NCBI GenBank assembly: GCA_050618075.1
Contig: JBNLVL010000013.1
Location: forward strand, 2,963-66,962
Length of the DNA: 64,000 bases
Direction: 5' to 3'
DNA from: Myxococcota bacterium
GTDB lineage: Bacteria; Myxococcota_A; UBA9160; UBA4427
Shown: positions 22,642-32,711 of the stretch, piece by piece
Layout: every line of letters starts with the position of its first letter
Numbering within the stretch: position 1 is the first letter of the stretch
Translations under genes and position numbers: made by a program
Notes under the pieces: generated by a model
What the model was told of the DNA's origin: nothing
The model's input: only the letters and a program-made list of their open reading frames with translations
Database searches by the model: none

Positions 22642-23426
22642 TCCTGGACCGCTTCCATCTCGACGACCAGGTCGCCCTCGTCACCGGCGCGGGCCGCGGC
22701 ATCGGCCGCGGCATCGCGCTGGCCTACGCCGAGGCGGGCGCCCACGTGGTCTGCGCCGCCCGCACCCAGGAGCAGATCGAGCAGGTGGCCCGCGACATCG
22801 AGGGTCTCGGCCGCCGCGCGCTGGCGGTGCCCTGCGACGTCATGGACCGCCAGGCGCTCGACGACCTGGTCGCGCGCAGCCTCGACGAGTTCGGGCGCAT
22901 CGACCTGCTCGTCAACAACGCCGGCGGCTCTCCGCCCACGCCGCTGCTCCAGCTGGAGGACGACTCGTTCGAGACCGCCTTCCGCTTCAACGTCTCCACG
23001 GCCATGCACCTGTCCCGCGAGTGCATCCGCCACATGGTGAAGGGCGACGGCGGCGCGATCGTCAACATCTCCTCGGCCATGTCCCACCTCACCGATCCGG
23101 GCTTCGTCGCCTACGGCACCGCCAAGGCCGCGCTCTCCCACATGACCCGGCTCATGGCCTGCGAGTTCGCTCCCAAGGTCCGGGTGAACGCCATCGCGGT
23201 GGGGGCCACATTGACCTCCGCCCTGGCGATGTTCGTGAATCACGGCGACCTGAAGCAGCAGATGGAGGCGATGACGCCCATGGCCCGCCTGGGCGAGGTG
23301 GAGGACATCGCCGCGGCGGCGCTGTACCTGGCCTCGCCGGCCGCGAGCTGGGTGACGGGGAAGGTGTTCGAGGTGGACGGCGGGACCGAGGCCTCGAACT
23401 GGCCGATCAAGATCCCGGCCTACTAG
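22638..23426 (+). CDS. short-chain dehydrogenase/reductase (7-alpha-HSDH-like)
   Basis: TGAGRGIG, NNAG, YGTAK; ATGA coupling to the dipeptidase. Confidence 0.92.
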   Translation: MILDRFHLDDQVALVTGAGRGIGRGIALAYAEAGAHVVCAARTQEQIEQVARDIEGLGRRALAVPCDVMDRQALDDLVARSLDEFGRIDLLVNNAGGSPPTPLLQLEDDSFETAFRFNVSTAMHLSRECIRHMVKGDGGAIVNISSAMSHLTDPGFVAYGTAKAALSHMTRLMACEFAPKVRVNAIAVGATLTSALAMFVNHGDLKQQMEAMTPMARLGEVEDIAAAALYLASPAASWVTGKVFEVDGGTEASNWPIKIPAY

Positions 23427-23535
23427 GACCCTCGACCGCCCGGGCGGCTTCGCTTCGCCTGCGGCCCTCGGGGCGTGTCGGGGGGAGCAGGGGGGTCTCG
23501 GGGGCTTCGGGTGGCGGGGGACGGCTCCGGGAACC

Positions 23536-24747
23536 ATGCTGGAGGGCGTGCCGCCCGAAGGGGATGCCATGGGAACCGATCGCTCGCTGCGCGGGGAGAG
23601 TTCCCCGTGCGCCGCCCCCGGACCCGGCGATGCGCCCGGGCCCGGAGTGTGGATCGTCCTGGTCGTGGCGCTGCTCCTGCTCGCGCGCCTCGCGACCTGG
23701 GGCTTCGCCTGCCATCTCACGCCCGCGGCCCGCGCCGAGTCGTCCCCGGCGAGCGGCGCCCCGGGCTCGGGCGCCGTCGACCTGTACGCCTCCCATCGCG
23801 AGGAGGGAAGGTTCTTCAATCCCTGGGAGCGCTTCTCGCCGTCCACCTGGAGATTCCTGAAGTGGCAGCTCTCGGGGAACCCCTACGACAAGTCGCGCGA
23901 CCCGCGGCTCCGGGTGATCGACAACGACGGCGCCTATCTGTCCGGGACCGAGCACTCGGCCACGGTCACCTGGGTGGGCCACGCGACCTTCGCCGTTCAC
24001 GACCGCGACGACGTCTTCCTGACCGACCCGCACTTTGGCAACCGCGCGCTGATCCCGGCCCGGGCGGTGCCCCCCGGCCTCCCCCTCGCGTCGATCCCGG
24101 CGGACGCCTTCGCGGTGATCTCCCACAACCACTACGACCACCTGGACGCGGACACCGTCGAGGGCCTGCCCGACAGCGTCGGCTGGTACGTGCCCCTGGG
24201 CCTGGGCGAGTGGTTCCGCGACCGGGGGCGCCACGACGTCACCGAGCTCGACTGGTGGCAGAGCGCCCGGCGCGGTCGCTTCACGATCACGTGTCTGCCG
24301 TCGCAGCACTGGAGCCGGCGCCTGGGCCAGGGCACCGACCGGACCCTCTGGTGCTCCTGGCTCGTGGACTCCGGCGACTACCGCTACTACTTCGCCGGAG
24401 ACACCGGCTACTTCCACGGCTTCCGGGAGTTCGGCCGACGCTTCGGTCCCATCGACGTGGCCATGCTGCCCATCGGCGCCTACGAGCCGCGCTGGTTCAT
24501 GGCGTACCAGCACATGGACCCGGCCCAGGCGTACCAGGCGTTCCTCGACCTGGGCGCCCACACCATGCTCCCCATGCACTGGGGCACCTTCGACCTCACC
24601 GACGAGCCGTTGGACCTTCCGCCGCGGGAGCTGGCGGAGGTGGTGGACCGCCGAGGCGGCGACGGCGAGCGCGTCCGCATCATGGCGGTGGGGGAGCGCT
24701 GGAAGGTCCCCGACGTCCCGGAGTCCGCGAGCCGGGCGGGCCCCTAG
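23536..24747 (+). CDS. MBL-fold metallo-hydrolase (NAPE-PLD/RomA-like)
   Basis: WVGHAT, SHNHYDHLD, FAGDTGY, PIGAYEPRW, PMHWGTF. Start uncertain. Confidence 0.9.
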   Translation: MLEGVPPEGDAMGTDRSLRGESSPCAAPGPGDAPGPGVWIVLVVALLLLARLATWGFACHLTPAARAESSPASGAPGSGAVDLYASHREEGRFFNPWERFSPSTWRFLKWQLSGNPYDKSRDPRLRVIDNDGAYLSGTEHSATVTWVGHATFAVHDRDDVFLTDPHFGNRALIPARAVPPGLPLASIPADAFAVISHNHYDHLDADTVEGLPDSVGWYVPLGLGEWFRDRGRHDVTELDWWQSARRGRFTITCLPSQHWSRRLGQGTDRTLWCSWLVDSGDYRYYFAGDTGYFHGFREFGRRFGPIDVAMLPIGAYEPRWFMAYQHMDPAQAYQAFLDLGAHTMLPMHWGTFDLTDEPLDLPPRELAEVVDRRGGDGERVRIMAVGERWKVPDVPESASRAGP

Positions 24748-24952
24748 CCCCGGTCCAGCGTCCGACGGGTTGTCCCCGCACTGGTCGCGGGCGCGGGGAT
24801 CCGGACCCAGCCCGTCTCCACCCCCCTGTTTTCGATGAAGATTTTCCACCCGGGTTGGACGAGATCGCGAGCCTGTCGAAACCCGTCAAGGCGGACTCGC
24901 GGTCATCCGATCCAGGAGGAGACTGCCCCCGAGAGCGAGGGAAAGCGTCGGC

Positions 24953-25156
24953 ATGATCGTCGCCCTGCTGCTCGTGTGGATCGCCTTCACCGCCTTCGCG
25001 GTCTCGGGCCTCGCCTGGCTCGAGCCGCGGAGCCGACCGCCCCGAGAGCCGGGCTCGCCGCCCGCGCTCCCGAGGCCCGACGAGCCCCGTCCACTCGCGA
25101 TGGCGCTCGACGAGGCCGAGGCCCGCGGTGCCCGGACCCTGGCGGGCCTGGGCTAG
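24953..25156 (+). CDS. small membrane/secreted hypothetical protein (67 aa)
   Basis: Hydrophobic N-terminus MIVALLLVWIAFTAFAVSGLAW followed by a Pro-rich tail. Confidence 0.5.
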   Translation: MIVALLLVWIAFTAFAVSGLAWLEPRSRPPREPGSPPALPRPDEPRPLAMALDEAEARGARTLAGLG

Positions 25157-25369
25157 CGGCCCGCTCTCGGGACCGGTCTCCCGACCCGGCCCGCTCGGGG
25201 TCGGGCGGCCCTCACCCGTTCGTGTCCATCCCTCTGTGAAGCGCCTCACACACGGTGGCCCGGTTCGCGGGCTACGCTGGCCAGTGGACGGGATCCGCGT
25301 CCGCGTCGCCGCCGGAGACGCGCGGCGAGCGCGCCCATCGCCACCCGGAGCACGGACGACCATGGAGTC

Positions 25370-26119
25370 ATGAGGACCGAGCGGCACCGGATCGCACTGA
25401 TCTCGGACGTCCATGGCAACCAGATCGCACTGCGCGAGGTGCTGCGCTCGATCGATTCCCATGGAACCGACGAGGTGGTCTTCCTGGGCGACATCGCCAC
25501 CCTGGGCGTCGCCCCGGGCGAGGTCGTCGACCGCATCGCGCAGCTCGGCTGTCGCTGCGTCATGGGCAACCACGACGACTACATCCTCGACCCCGAGCTC
25601 GACGACGCCCACAGCGACGGCCCGTCGATCGCCGAGACCATCGACTGGTGCCGCGACCAGCTCTCCCGCGAACAGATCGAGTTCATCGGCCGCTTCGAGC
25701 ACGGCTTCGAGCTCCCCCTCGGCGAGCACCACCACCTGAAGCTCTTCCACGGCTCGCCCGACTCGAACACCGTCGACCTGCTGGCGGAGACGCCTGCCGA
25801 CACCTTCGACGCCCAGCTCGGGCCCGAGCGCGCCACGGTCATGGCCGGCGGACACACCCACATCCAGATGCTGCGCCAGCACCGCGGCGCCCTGGTGGTG
25901 AACCCCGGAAGCGTGGGCGCGGCCTTCCGGGAGTTCGTGAACGGCGGCACACCGGTCCTCCTCGACCACGCCGAGTACGCCACGGTCGAAGCGATGGGGG
26001 GCGAGGTCTCGGTGACGCTCCACCGGGTCGGGCTCGACCGCCACGAGCTGGCGAAGGCGGCCCGGGAGAGCGCCATCCCCATGCGCGAGCTGCTGCTGGA
26101 GCAGTACGAAGGGCTCTAG
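25370..26119 (+). CDS. metallophosphoesterase (YfcE/MJ0936-like)
   Basis: SDVHGN, LGD, GNHD, FHGSP, GHTH, NPGSVG. Confidence 0.92.
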   Translation: MRTERHRIALISDVHGNQIALREVLRSIDSHGTDEVVFLGDIATLGVAPGEVVDRIAQLGCRCVMGNHDDYILDPELDDAHSDGPSIAETIDWCRDQLSREQIEFIGRFEHGFELPLGEHHHLKLFHGSPDSNTVDLLAETPADTFDAQLGPERATVMAGGHTHIQMLRQHRGALVVNPGSVGAAFREFVNGGTPVLLDHAEYATVEAMGGEVSVTLHRVGLDRHELAKAARESAIPMRELLLEQYEGL

Positions 26120-28572
26120 CGCTGGGCTCGTCGCGCGGCGTCCTCGATGGACGCGAGGAGCTGGCGGGCGCGGGGGTCGCCGCCGCTCGCCTCGACGAGC
26201 CGGCGCCCATAGGCCGCCGCCGCCTCCCAGTCGCCCCGGTCCCGTGCCCAGGTGGTGAGCGTCAACAGCACGTCGACGTCGTCCGGGAAGCGCTCGAGCG
26301 TGGACTCGAGCGCCACGACCGCCTCGCCGGGACGGCCCAGGTTCTCGAGGGCCAGGGCGTGGACCAGGGCGTAGCGCGGCTCGTCCGGGGCCAGCAGCAC
26401 CGCGCGGGCGAGGGCCCGGGCGGCCTCCTCGGGCCGGCCCAGCCGGATCAGCGCCAGGCCGAGCGCGTGCTGGACGTCGCCGTTGTCGGGCGCCAGCTCG
26501 GCCGCCCGGCGCAGCCGCTGCTCGCCGTCGGCGTCGCGTCCGCTGCGGCGGTCGAGGTCGGCGAGGTTGACCAGCGCCGCCACGAAGCCCGGCTCGATCT
26601 GGAGCGCGCGCTCGAAGTCGAGGCGCGCGGCGTCGAGGTCTCCCTGGAGGCCCGCCAGGTTGCCGAGGTTCACCCACGACTCGGGCCGGTCGGCGTGCAG
26701 CGCCTGGACCGCGCGGAACTCCGACTGCACCGCGGCCAGGGCGCTGCGGTCGGCGGGCGACCAGAGGGCCGGGGGCAGCGATCGCAGCGCCAGCTCGGCC
26801 TCCAGGCGGACCGCCAGCACCGGGTCCCGCAGCAGGGGTGCGGCCAGCTCCAGGCGGTCCCGGGGCTCGAGCGAGAGACTCGCTCCGAGCGCGCCGAGCC
26901 GGACCAGGGGATCGGCGTCGGCCAGCGCGCTCTCCAGCAGCCCGCGCTGGCCGCCCACACCGGCGAAGCCGACGAAGCCGAGCTCGGTCAGGGCCGTGGC
27001 GCGGACGATCGCGGGCTGGTCGGCGTCGGCCGCCACGGCCGCGAGTGCCGCCGCCGCGCCGGCGCGATGGGCCCGCGCGTCGCGCAACGCCTGGGCGAAG
27101 TGGGGCGTGCCTGCACGACCGGCGGCGCCCCAGCCTGCCAGCACTGCCGAGGCCCATGCAGGCTCCCGGTCGGTGTGGCAGGCGGTGCAGGCATCGGGCA
27201 CGCCCAGCTCTTCGGCGAGGTCGGGGCGCGGCACCCGGAAGCCGTGGTCGTGACGCTCGTCCACCCCCATGTAGGTCCGCGTGGGCATGTGACAGGCCAC
27301 GCAGCGGGCTCCGGCCGAGTCGGCCGGGTGCCGGTGGTGGGAGGCGTCGGCGAAGACCTCCGGGCGGTGGCAGCCCGCGCAGACCGCGTCGGCGGGGCCG
27401 CCTCCCACGAGCTCGCCCGAGTGCGCGTCGTGGCAGTCGCGACAGCGCACACCGGCCTGGTACATCCGGCTCTGGCGGAACGATCCGTAGACGTACACCT
27501 CGTCGAGGATCTGCCCGTCCAGGTGGTAGAGCCCGTCTTCGAGGAGCGCGACGCGGTGGGTCGCGAGCAGGGGAGCGTCGGCCGGGTCGCTCTCGCGCAG
27601 CTGGGCCCTGCGTGCGTGGCAGCGCCCGCAGACCTCCATCTCGGACTCCGACGGCGCCCCGCCGTCCCGCCGCGCGATGGCGGCGCCCTCGTCGAACACC
27701 CAGTGGGCGGCGGCCCCGAAGTCGACGGGGAGACCGGAGTCCGCGTCGGTCTCCCCGCTTCCGGTCGCGGCGCCCTCGGCCCAGTCCACGTGGCGCGAGC
27801 CCGGACCGTGACACGCCTCGCAGGACACGTCGATCTCGGACCAGCGGGTGTGGAAGCGGTCCTCCTCGGCGGAGTAGCCCTTGCGCAGTCCCGTCGAGTG
27901 GCACTCCGCACACATGTGGTTCCAGTTCTGCTGGATCCCCGTCCAGTGGAGCGACTCGCCCGGCGCGAGGTCCTCGGTCGGATAGAGATGGTACCAGCGC
28001 TGGCCGCCCGCCTCGGCCGGGCGCGCGTCCCAGGCGATGCCCAGGGCCTGGACCCGTCCGTCGGCAAAGCGCACCAGGTACTGCTGCAGCGGATCGACGC
28101 CGAACGTGTAGGCCACCTCGAAGTCGGCCGGCTCGCCGTCGGGCCCGTCCGTGCGAACCACGAAGCGATCGCCCTCGCGCCGGAAGGTCGACGTGCGTCC
28201 GCGGTGGCTGAACGTGGCGTCGTCGAAGTCTCCGAGGACCGTCTCGGCCGTGGCCTCCTGCATGGCGAGGTCGTGGTGCGATCCGCGCCAGGCCGAAACC
28301 GCTTCGGGGTGACAGCGCGCGCACTCGCTCCCACCGACGTAGCGGAGCTCGCCCCGGCCCGGGGACCCGGCCGCCGCCGCGCTCTCTCCGGACGACGAGG
28401 CGGTGGACGGCGGGGACTCCTCGCCCGCCGAGCAGGCGACGAGCGAGGCGAAGAGGAGAAGCGCCAGGCCGATCTTCGGGGTGGCGAAGGGGGTGGCGAA
28501 GGGGATCGCGGCGGCCGCGGAAGGCGAGCCCCGACCGATCGACCGGGCTCGAAGCGACACCTCTCGATCCAT
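26116..28572 (-). CDS. octaheme c-type cytochrome lipoprotein with HEAT/TPR C-terminus
   Basis: Eight CxxCH (CARCH, CAECH, CEACH, CGRCH, CRDCH, CAGCH, CVACH, CTACH); lipobox LVAC; TPRs. Confidence 0.9.
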   Translation of the reverse strand: MDREVSLRARSIGRGSPSAAAAIPFATPFATPKIGLALLLFASLVACSAGEESPPSTASSSGESAAAAGSPGRGELRYVGGSECARCHPEAVSAWRGSHHDLAMQEATAETVLGDFDDATFSHRGRTSTFRREGDRFVVRTDGPDGEPADFEVAYTFGVDPLQQYLVRFADGRVQALGIAWDARPAEAGGQRWYHLYPTEDLAPGESLHWTGIQQNWNHMCAECHSTGLRKGYSAEEDRFHTRWSEIDVSCEACHGPGSRHVDWAEGAATGSGETDADSGLPVDFGAAAHWVFDEGAAIARRDGGAPSESEMEVCGRCHARRAQLRESDPADAPLLATHRVALLEDGLYHLDGQILDEVYVYGSFRQSRMYQAGVRCRDCHDAHSGELVGGGPADAVCAGCHRPEVFADASHHRHPADSAGARCVACHMPTRTYMGVDERHDHGFRVPRPDLAEELGVPDACTACHTDREPAWASAVLAGWGAAGRAGTPHFAQALRDARAHRAGAAAALAAVAADADQPAIVRATALTELGFVGFAGVGGQRGLLESALADADPLVRLGALGASLSLEPRDRLELAAPLLRDPVLAVRLEAELALRSLPPALWSPADRSALAAVQSEFRAVQALHADRPESWVNLGNLAGLQGDLDAARLDFERALQIEPGFVAALVNLADLDRRSGRDADGEQRLRRAAELAPDNGDVQHALGLALIRLGRPEEAARALARAVLLAPDEPRYALVHALALENLGRPGEAVVALESTLERFPDDVDVLLTLTTWARDRGDWEAAAAYGRRLVEASGGDPRARQLLASIEDAARRAQR

Positions 28573-28671
28573 CGCCGGGGATTCTAGCCGCCGACGCGGG
28601 CAACTCCATCGAGGGGCTGCCTCGCGCCCGGGCGCGCCGAGCGGCGCTCCCCCTTCGAAACGGAGCCGGGG

Positions 28672-28944
28672 CTAGAGCACCACCTTCACGCGCTCGTGGC
28701 CGGACAGCTCGCGGTAGAGGGCGTCCATCTGCTCGCGGCTCCGGGCCCGGACGGTCACCGTCACCGAGAGATAGCGCCCGCGGCGGCTGCGGCGGGTGCG
28801 GACCGCGCCCTCGCCCAGGTCGTCCACGTGCCGGCGCACGACCGACACCACCCAGGACTCGAAGTCGTCCTCGGCCTCGCCCATCACCTTCACCGGAATC
28901 TCGGCGGGAAACTCGAGGGGATCGCCGGGATCGTCGACACCCAC
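28672..28944 (-). CDS. ybeD: DUF493/YbeD family protein
   Basis: LEFP..IPVKVMG...SRRGRYLSVTV...YRELSGHERVKVVL. Confidence 0.9.
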   Translation of the reverse strand: MGVDDPGDPLEFPAEIPVKVMGEAEDDFESWVVSVVRRHVDDLGEGAVRTRRSRRGRYLSVTVTVRARSREQMDALYRELSGHERVKVVL

Positions 28945-28956
28945 CCTTTCCTCCCT

Positions 28957-31602
28957 TCAATCGGGCTGGTTGAGGGCCTTGCCCACGATCTCCCCGGTGT
29001 CCTTGGACAGGCCTTCCACGGCGCCGATGCGCTGGAGCTCTGCGCGCATGAGCTCGCGGCGAGCCGCATCGAAGCGCCGCCACTGGTTGAAGAGCGACAC
29101 CATGCGCGCCGCCACCTGGGGATTGAGCGGGTCGAGCGTCACCACCTGATCGGCGAGGAAGGTGTAGCCGGCGCCGTCGCGCCGATGGAAGTGCAGGAGA
29201 TTGCCGGAGCCGAAGGCGCCCACCAGCGAGCGCACGCGGTTCGGGTTCCGGGTGGTGAAGTCCGGGTGCCGGGCCAGGCCGAGGACCACCTCCACCGCAT
29301 CGTCGCGGTCGCACATGGCCTGGGTCTGGAACCACTTGTCGATCACCAGCGGGTCGTGCTTCCAGCGCTGGTAGAAGACCTCGAGCGCGCGAGCGCTCTC
29401 GGGCGCGGCGTGATCGGCCAGCGCCGAGAGCGCCGCCTGGCTGTCGGTCATGTTGTCCGCCTCCTGGAACCGGGCTTCGGCCAGGGCGATGGCCTCGGCC
29501 GATCCCGGGGCGGTGAGGATGCGGAGCACGGCGTTGTGCAGGCGGCGGCGGTGGATCGACGCGCGGTCGGCCCGGTAGGGCCCGTCGGGACGCGTGGCCT
29601 CGAAGACGTCGCGCAGCTCGGCCTCGAGCGTCCGGGCCAGCTCGCGGATCGTGAAGCGCCGCGCCGCCTGCAGCCCCTCCACGTCGACCTCCTCCATGGC
29701 CTGGGCGAGGACCTTCTCCGAGGGCAGGGCCAGCGCCAGGGCCTTCAGCGATCCGTCGAGGTCCGGGTCCAGGAGCAGCCGGCGGAAGGCGTCGACGAAC
29801 AGCGGATCGAGCTCGAGCGCCCGGCCCGCGGAGTGGGCGCCGGCCATCTCGAGGATCAGCTCCTGGGCCAGGGTCTGCCCCGCGTCCCAGCGGTTGAAGG
29901 CGTCGCCGTCGTGGCCCATCAGGAAGGCCAGCTCCTCCCGGGGCCGCTCCATCCTCACCTGGACCGGTGCGGAGAAGCCGCGCAGCAGGGAGACCACCGG
30001 ACGCTCCTCGATGCCGTCGAACTCGAAGCGCTCCTCCTCGCCCCGAAGCTCGAGCACATCGCTCGCCAGGTCCCGACCGTCGGACCCGACGAGGCCCACG
30101 GACACGGGCATGTGCATGGGCAGGAAGTCCTCCTCGGCGTGGGCCTCGGGGGGCTTCTGGCGCAGGGTCAGGGCGAAGCGTCGAGCCCGGCCGTCGTACT
30201 CGCCCTCGGCCTCGAGCACCGGCGTGCCGGGCTGCTCGTACCAGCGCTCGAACTGGGCGAGATCGGCCCCGTTGGCGTCGGCCATGGCCGCGCGGAAGTC
30301 GTCGCAGGTCACCGCCTGCCCGTCGTGGCGCTCGAAGTAGAGGTCCATCCCGCGGCGGAACCCGTCCCGCCCGAGCAGGGTGTCGTACAGGCGGACGACC
30401 TCGGCCCCCTTCTCGTACACCGTCGCGGTGTAGAAGTTGTCCATCGAGATGTAGGACTCGGGCCGGATGGGATGGGCCATGGGGCCCGCATCCTCGGGGA
30501 ACTGGGCGGCGCGCAGGGTGCGCACGTCGTCGATGCGCTTCACCGCCTCCGAGGTCATGTCGGCGGTGAAACGCTGGTCGCGGTACACCGTCAGCCCTTC
30601 CTTCAGGGTCAGCTGGAACCAGTCGCGACAGGTGACGCGGTTCCCGGTCCAGTTGTGGAAGTACTCGTGGGCGATGACCGCCTCGATGGCCTCGTAGTCG
30701 GCGTCGGTGGCCGTCTCCGGTCGGGCCAGCACGTACTTCGAGTTGAAGACGTTGAGCCCCTTGTTCTCCATGGCGCCCATGTTGAAGTCGCCGACGGCGA
30801 CGATCATGTAGACGTCGAGGTCGTACTCGAGTCCGAAGACCTCCTCGTCCCACTTCATCGCCCGCTTCAGGCTCTCGAGGGCGTGCTCACAGGCATCGAC
30901 GTTCTGGGGCTCGACCCAGATCTCGAGCTTCACGGGCCGCCCCGACTTCGTGGTGAAGAGGCCCTCGTGGCAGCGGAGGTCGCCCGCCACCATGGCGAAC
31001 AGGTAGCTGGGCTTGGGGAAGGGGTCCTCCCAGACGACCCGGTGGCGCCCGTCCCCCGCATCGCTCTCCTCGATGCGGTTGCCGTTGGAGAGCAGGACCG
31101 GAACCTGCGCGCGATCGGCCTCGATGGTGGTGCGGTAGCGGGCCATGACGTCCGGCCGGTCGAGGAACCAGGTGATCCGCCGGAAGCCCTCGGCCTCGCA
31201 CTGGGTGCAGAAGTTGCCGGAGGACTGGTAGAGCCCGGAGAGCTGGGTGTTGGACTCCGGGTGGATCTCCACCTCGGTCTCCACGACGAACTCGTCGGGC
31301 AGGGGCGACCCGTCGGGCAGCGACCGCAGGGTCAACTGCTCGGGCTCGACCTCCACCGACTCCGAGAGCGCGAAGTCCACCGTCTGTCCGGCGACGGACA
31401 GACTGCGCAGCTCGAGCTCCTCTCCGTCCAGCACCAGCGGGGCGCCGGGCGCGGCCGCGTCGGCGTTTCGCCGCAGCGCCATGCGCGCGCGCACCCGGGT
31501 GTGGTCGGCGTGCAGATCGAAGTGCAGGTCGACGGAATCGATCCAGTACGGGGGCGGACGGTAGTCGCTGCGGTACGTGGGTCGAGGCTGGGGGTCGGTC
31601 AT
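28957..31602 (-). CDS. pepN: aminopeptidase N (M1)
   Basis: TQCEAEGFRRIT, GAMENKGLN, HEYFHNWTGNRVTCRDWFQLTLKE, YEKGAEV, NPNRVR. Confidence 0.97.
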   Translation of the reverse strand: MTDPQPRPTYRSDYRPPPYWIDSVDLHFDLHADHTRVRARMALRRNADAAAPGAPLVLDGEELELRSLSVAGQTVDFALSESVEVEPEQLTLRSLPDGSPLPDEFVVETEVEIHPESNTQLSGLYQSSGNFCTQCEAEGFRRITWFLDRPDVMARYRTTIEADRAQVPVLLSNGNRIEESDAGDGRHRVVWEDPFPKPSYLFAMVAGDLRCHEGLFTTKSGRPVKLEIWVEPQNVDACEHALESLKRAMKWDEEVFGLEYDLDVYMIVAVGDFNMGAMENKGLNVFNSKYVLARPETATDADYEAIEAVIAHEYFHNWTGNRVTCRDWFQLTLKEGLTVYRDQRFTADMTSEAVKRIDDVRTLRAAQFPEDAGPMAHPIRPESYISMDNFYTATVYEKGAEVVRLYDTLLGRDGFRRGMDLYFERHDGQAVTCDDFRAAMADANGADLAQFERWYEQPGTPVLEAEGEYDGRARRFALTLRQKPPEAHAEEDFLPMHMPVSVGLVGSDGRDLASDVLELRGEEERFEFDGIEERPVVSLLRGFSAPVQVRMERPREELAFLMGHDGDAFNRWDAGQTLAQELILEMAGAHSAGRALELDPLFVDAFRRLLLDPDLDGSLKALALALPSEKVLAQAMEEVDVEGLQAARRFTIRELARTLEAELRDVFEATRPDGPYRADRASIHRRRLHNAVLRILTAPGSAEAIALAEARFQEADNMTDSQAALSALADHAAPESARALEVFYQRWKHDPLVIDKWFQTQAMCDRDDAVEVVLGLARHPDFTTRNPNRVRSLVGAFGSGNLLHFHRRDGAGYTFLADQVVTLDPLNPQVAARMVSLFNQWRRFDAARRELMRAELQRIGAVEGLSKDTGEIVGKALNQPD

Positions 31603-31786
31603 CCGTGAAGGGGCTCCCTGGTCGCCGGTGGGACGATCGAGGGTAGCGCCCGGAGCCGCCGTTCGGCCGCTTCGCTCACCCGACCGGGGCCGCTTCGCTC
31701 GATTTGCGGTCTTCGGGGCGCGTCTTTGGGACCCGGGGAAGGGACGGGCAGTCCGGGCGGCCCGCCGTCGCGGGGCGCGGGGCGGA

Positions 31787-32524
31787 CTAGAGGTCGACGT
31801 CGTCGAAGGCCACCGACAGCCGGAACGTCTTGAAGGACACGGTGTGGGCCACCGCGGCGGCGGCGTAGGCCACCTCTTCGGGCACCTCGGCCATCACGAC
31901 GATGCCGCGCACGTCCTGCCCCTTCTTGGCGTGGTGCTTGCGCACCCAGCCGATGCGCTGGAGGATGTCGCCCACCACGTCCTTCGCGACGTCGGGGCCC
32001 GACACCATGACCACCACCAGGCCGCCCGCGTCGTCGCGGGCCAGGAGATCGATGGTCCCGACCTCGGTCGAGAGGCCGGCCCCGATCGACTTGCCCGACT
32101 TGTCGGTCTCCACCGACAGACCCGCTTCGAGCAGGTCGGGCTGCTCGACCACCATGGCGCACACCTCCGCGGGCGAGGGCCCGGCCGGCGGCGGGCTGGC
32201 GGGCGGGGCGGTCTGGGCGGCGGCCGACTTCTTTCTCTCCGGGCGCGACTTCTTGGACGGCCGCACCTTCGAATAGCTCCCCCGGGCCGACTGCCCGGCC
32301 GCGCTCTCCGACAGGCCGCTGGAGGTGGAGTCGTCGGTGACCTCGTCCTGGAGCGGAAGCTCCTCCTCGACCTCGACGGCCGACGACGGACTGAGCGCGC
32401 CGCCCTTGGGCGTCTGCTGCTCGTGGAGCCCGCTGCCTCCCAGGGAGCCGCCGACCTGACGACCGCAGTTGGGGCAGTGGCGCATGTGCTTCGCGACGGG
32501 GTTGTTGCAGTTCTTGCAGTTCAT
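31787..32524 (-). CDS. zinc-ribbon plus NucS-like PD-(D/E)xK-fold protein with degenerate active site
   Basis: CKNC..CPNC; acidic/Ser linker; PDLLEAGL..GTIDLLARDDAGGLVVV..VRGIVV; GGAGG RBS before ATG 32524. Confidence 0.75.
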   Translation of the reverse strand: MNCKNCNNPVAKHMRHCPNCGRQVGGSLGGSGLHEQQTPKGGALSPSSAVEVEEELPLQDEVTDDSTSSGLSESAAGQSARGSYSKVRPSKKSRPERKKSAAAQTAPPASPPPAGPSPAEVCAMVVEQPDLLEAGLSVETDKSGKSIGAGLSTEVGTIDLLARDDAGGLVVVMVSGPDVAKDVVGDILQRIGWVRKHHAKKGQDVRGIVVMAEVPEEVAYAAAAVAHTVSFKTFRLSVAFDDVDL

Positions 32525-32711
32525 GCCGCCCTCCACTGGCGATCCCGACGGGCTCGCGCCCGATCGCTGATTTCATCGGCCGACCGGAGCGGAGGTGTGA
32601 GACCCATTCTCGCCGGGACGCACTTTCGCCCGGGGCGCTGGAGGCGCCTGGGGAATCCGATGCTTCGGGGTGTTCCCGGTGGTCGCGCAGACGCCGCGGG
32701 GTCGGGGACGC

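Noticed and set aside
24800..24950. Possible riboswitch or ncRNA before the 67-aa ORF (CGCGAG...CTCGCG stem)
   Set aside because: Only one imperfect GC stem and no riboswitch consensus I recognise; an Rfam/Infernal scan would decide.
24680..30853. 2057-aa ORF and other very long Arg/Gly/Pro-rich ORFs (e.g. 53314-59049, 53922-59294, 6160-10419)
   Set aside because: Off-frame or antisense shadows of real genes, caused by stop-codon scarcity at high GC; no motifs.
31787..32524. Active restriction or anti-phage nuclease
   Set aside because: The catalytic ExK is missing, and no methylase or defence genes are adjacent.
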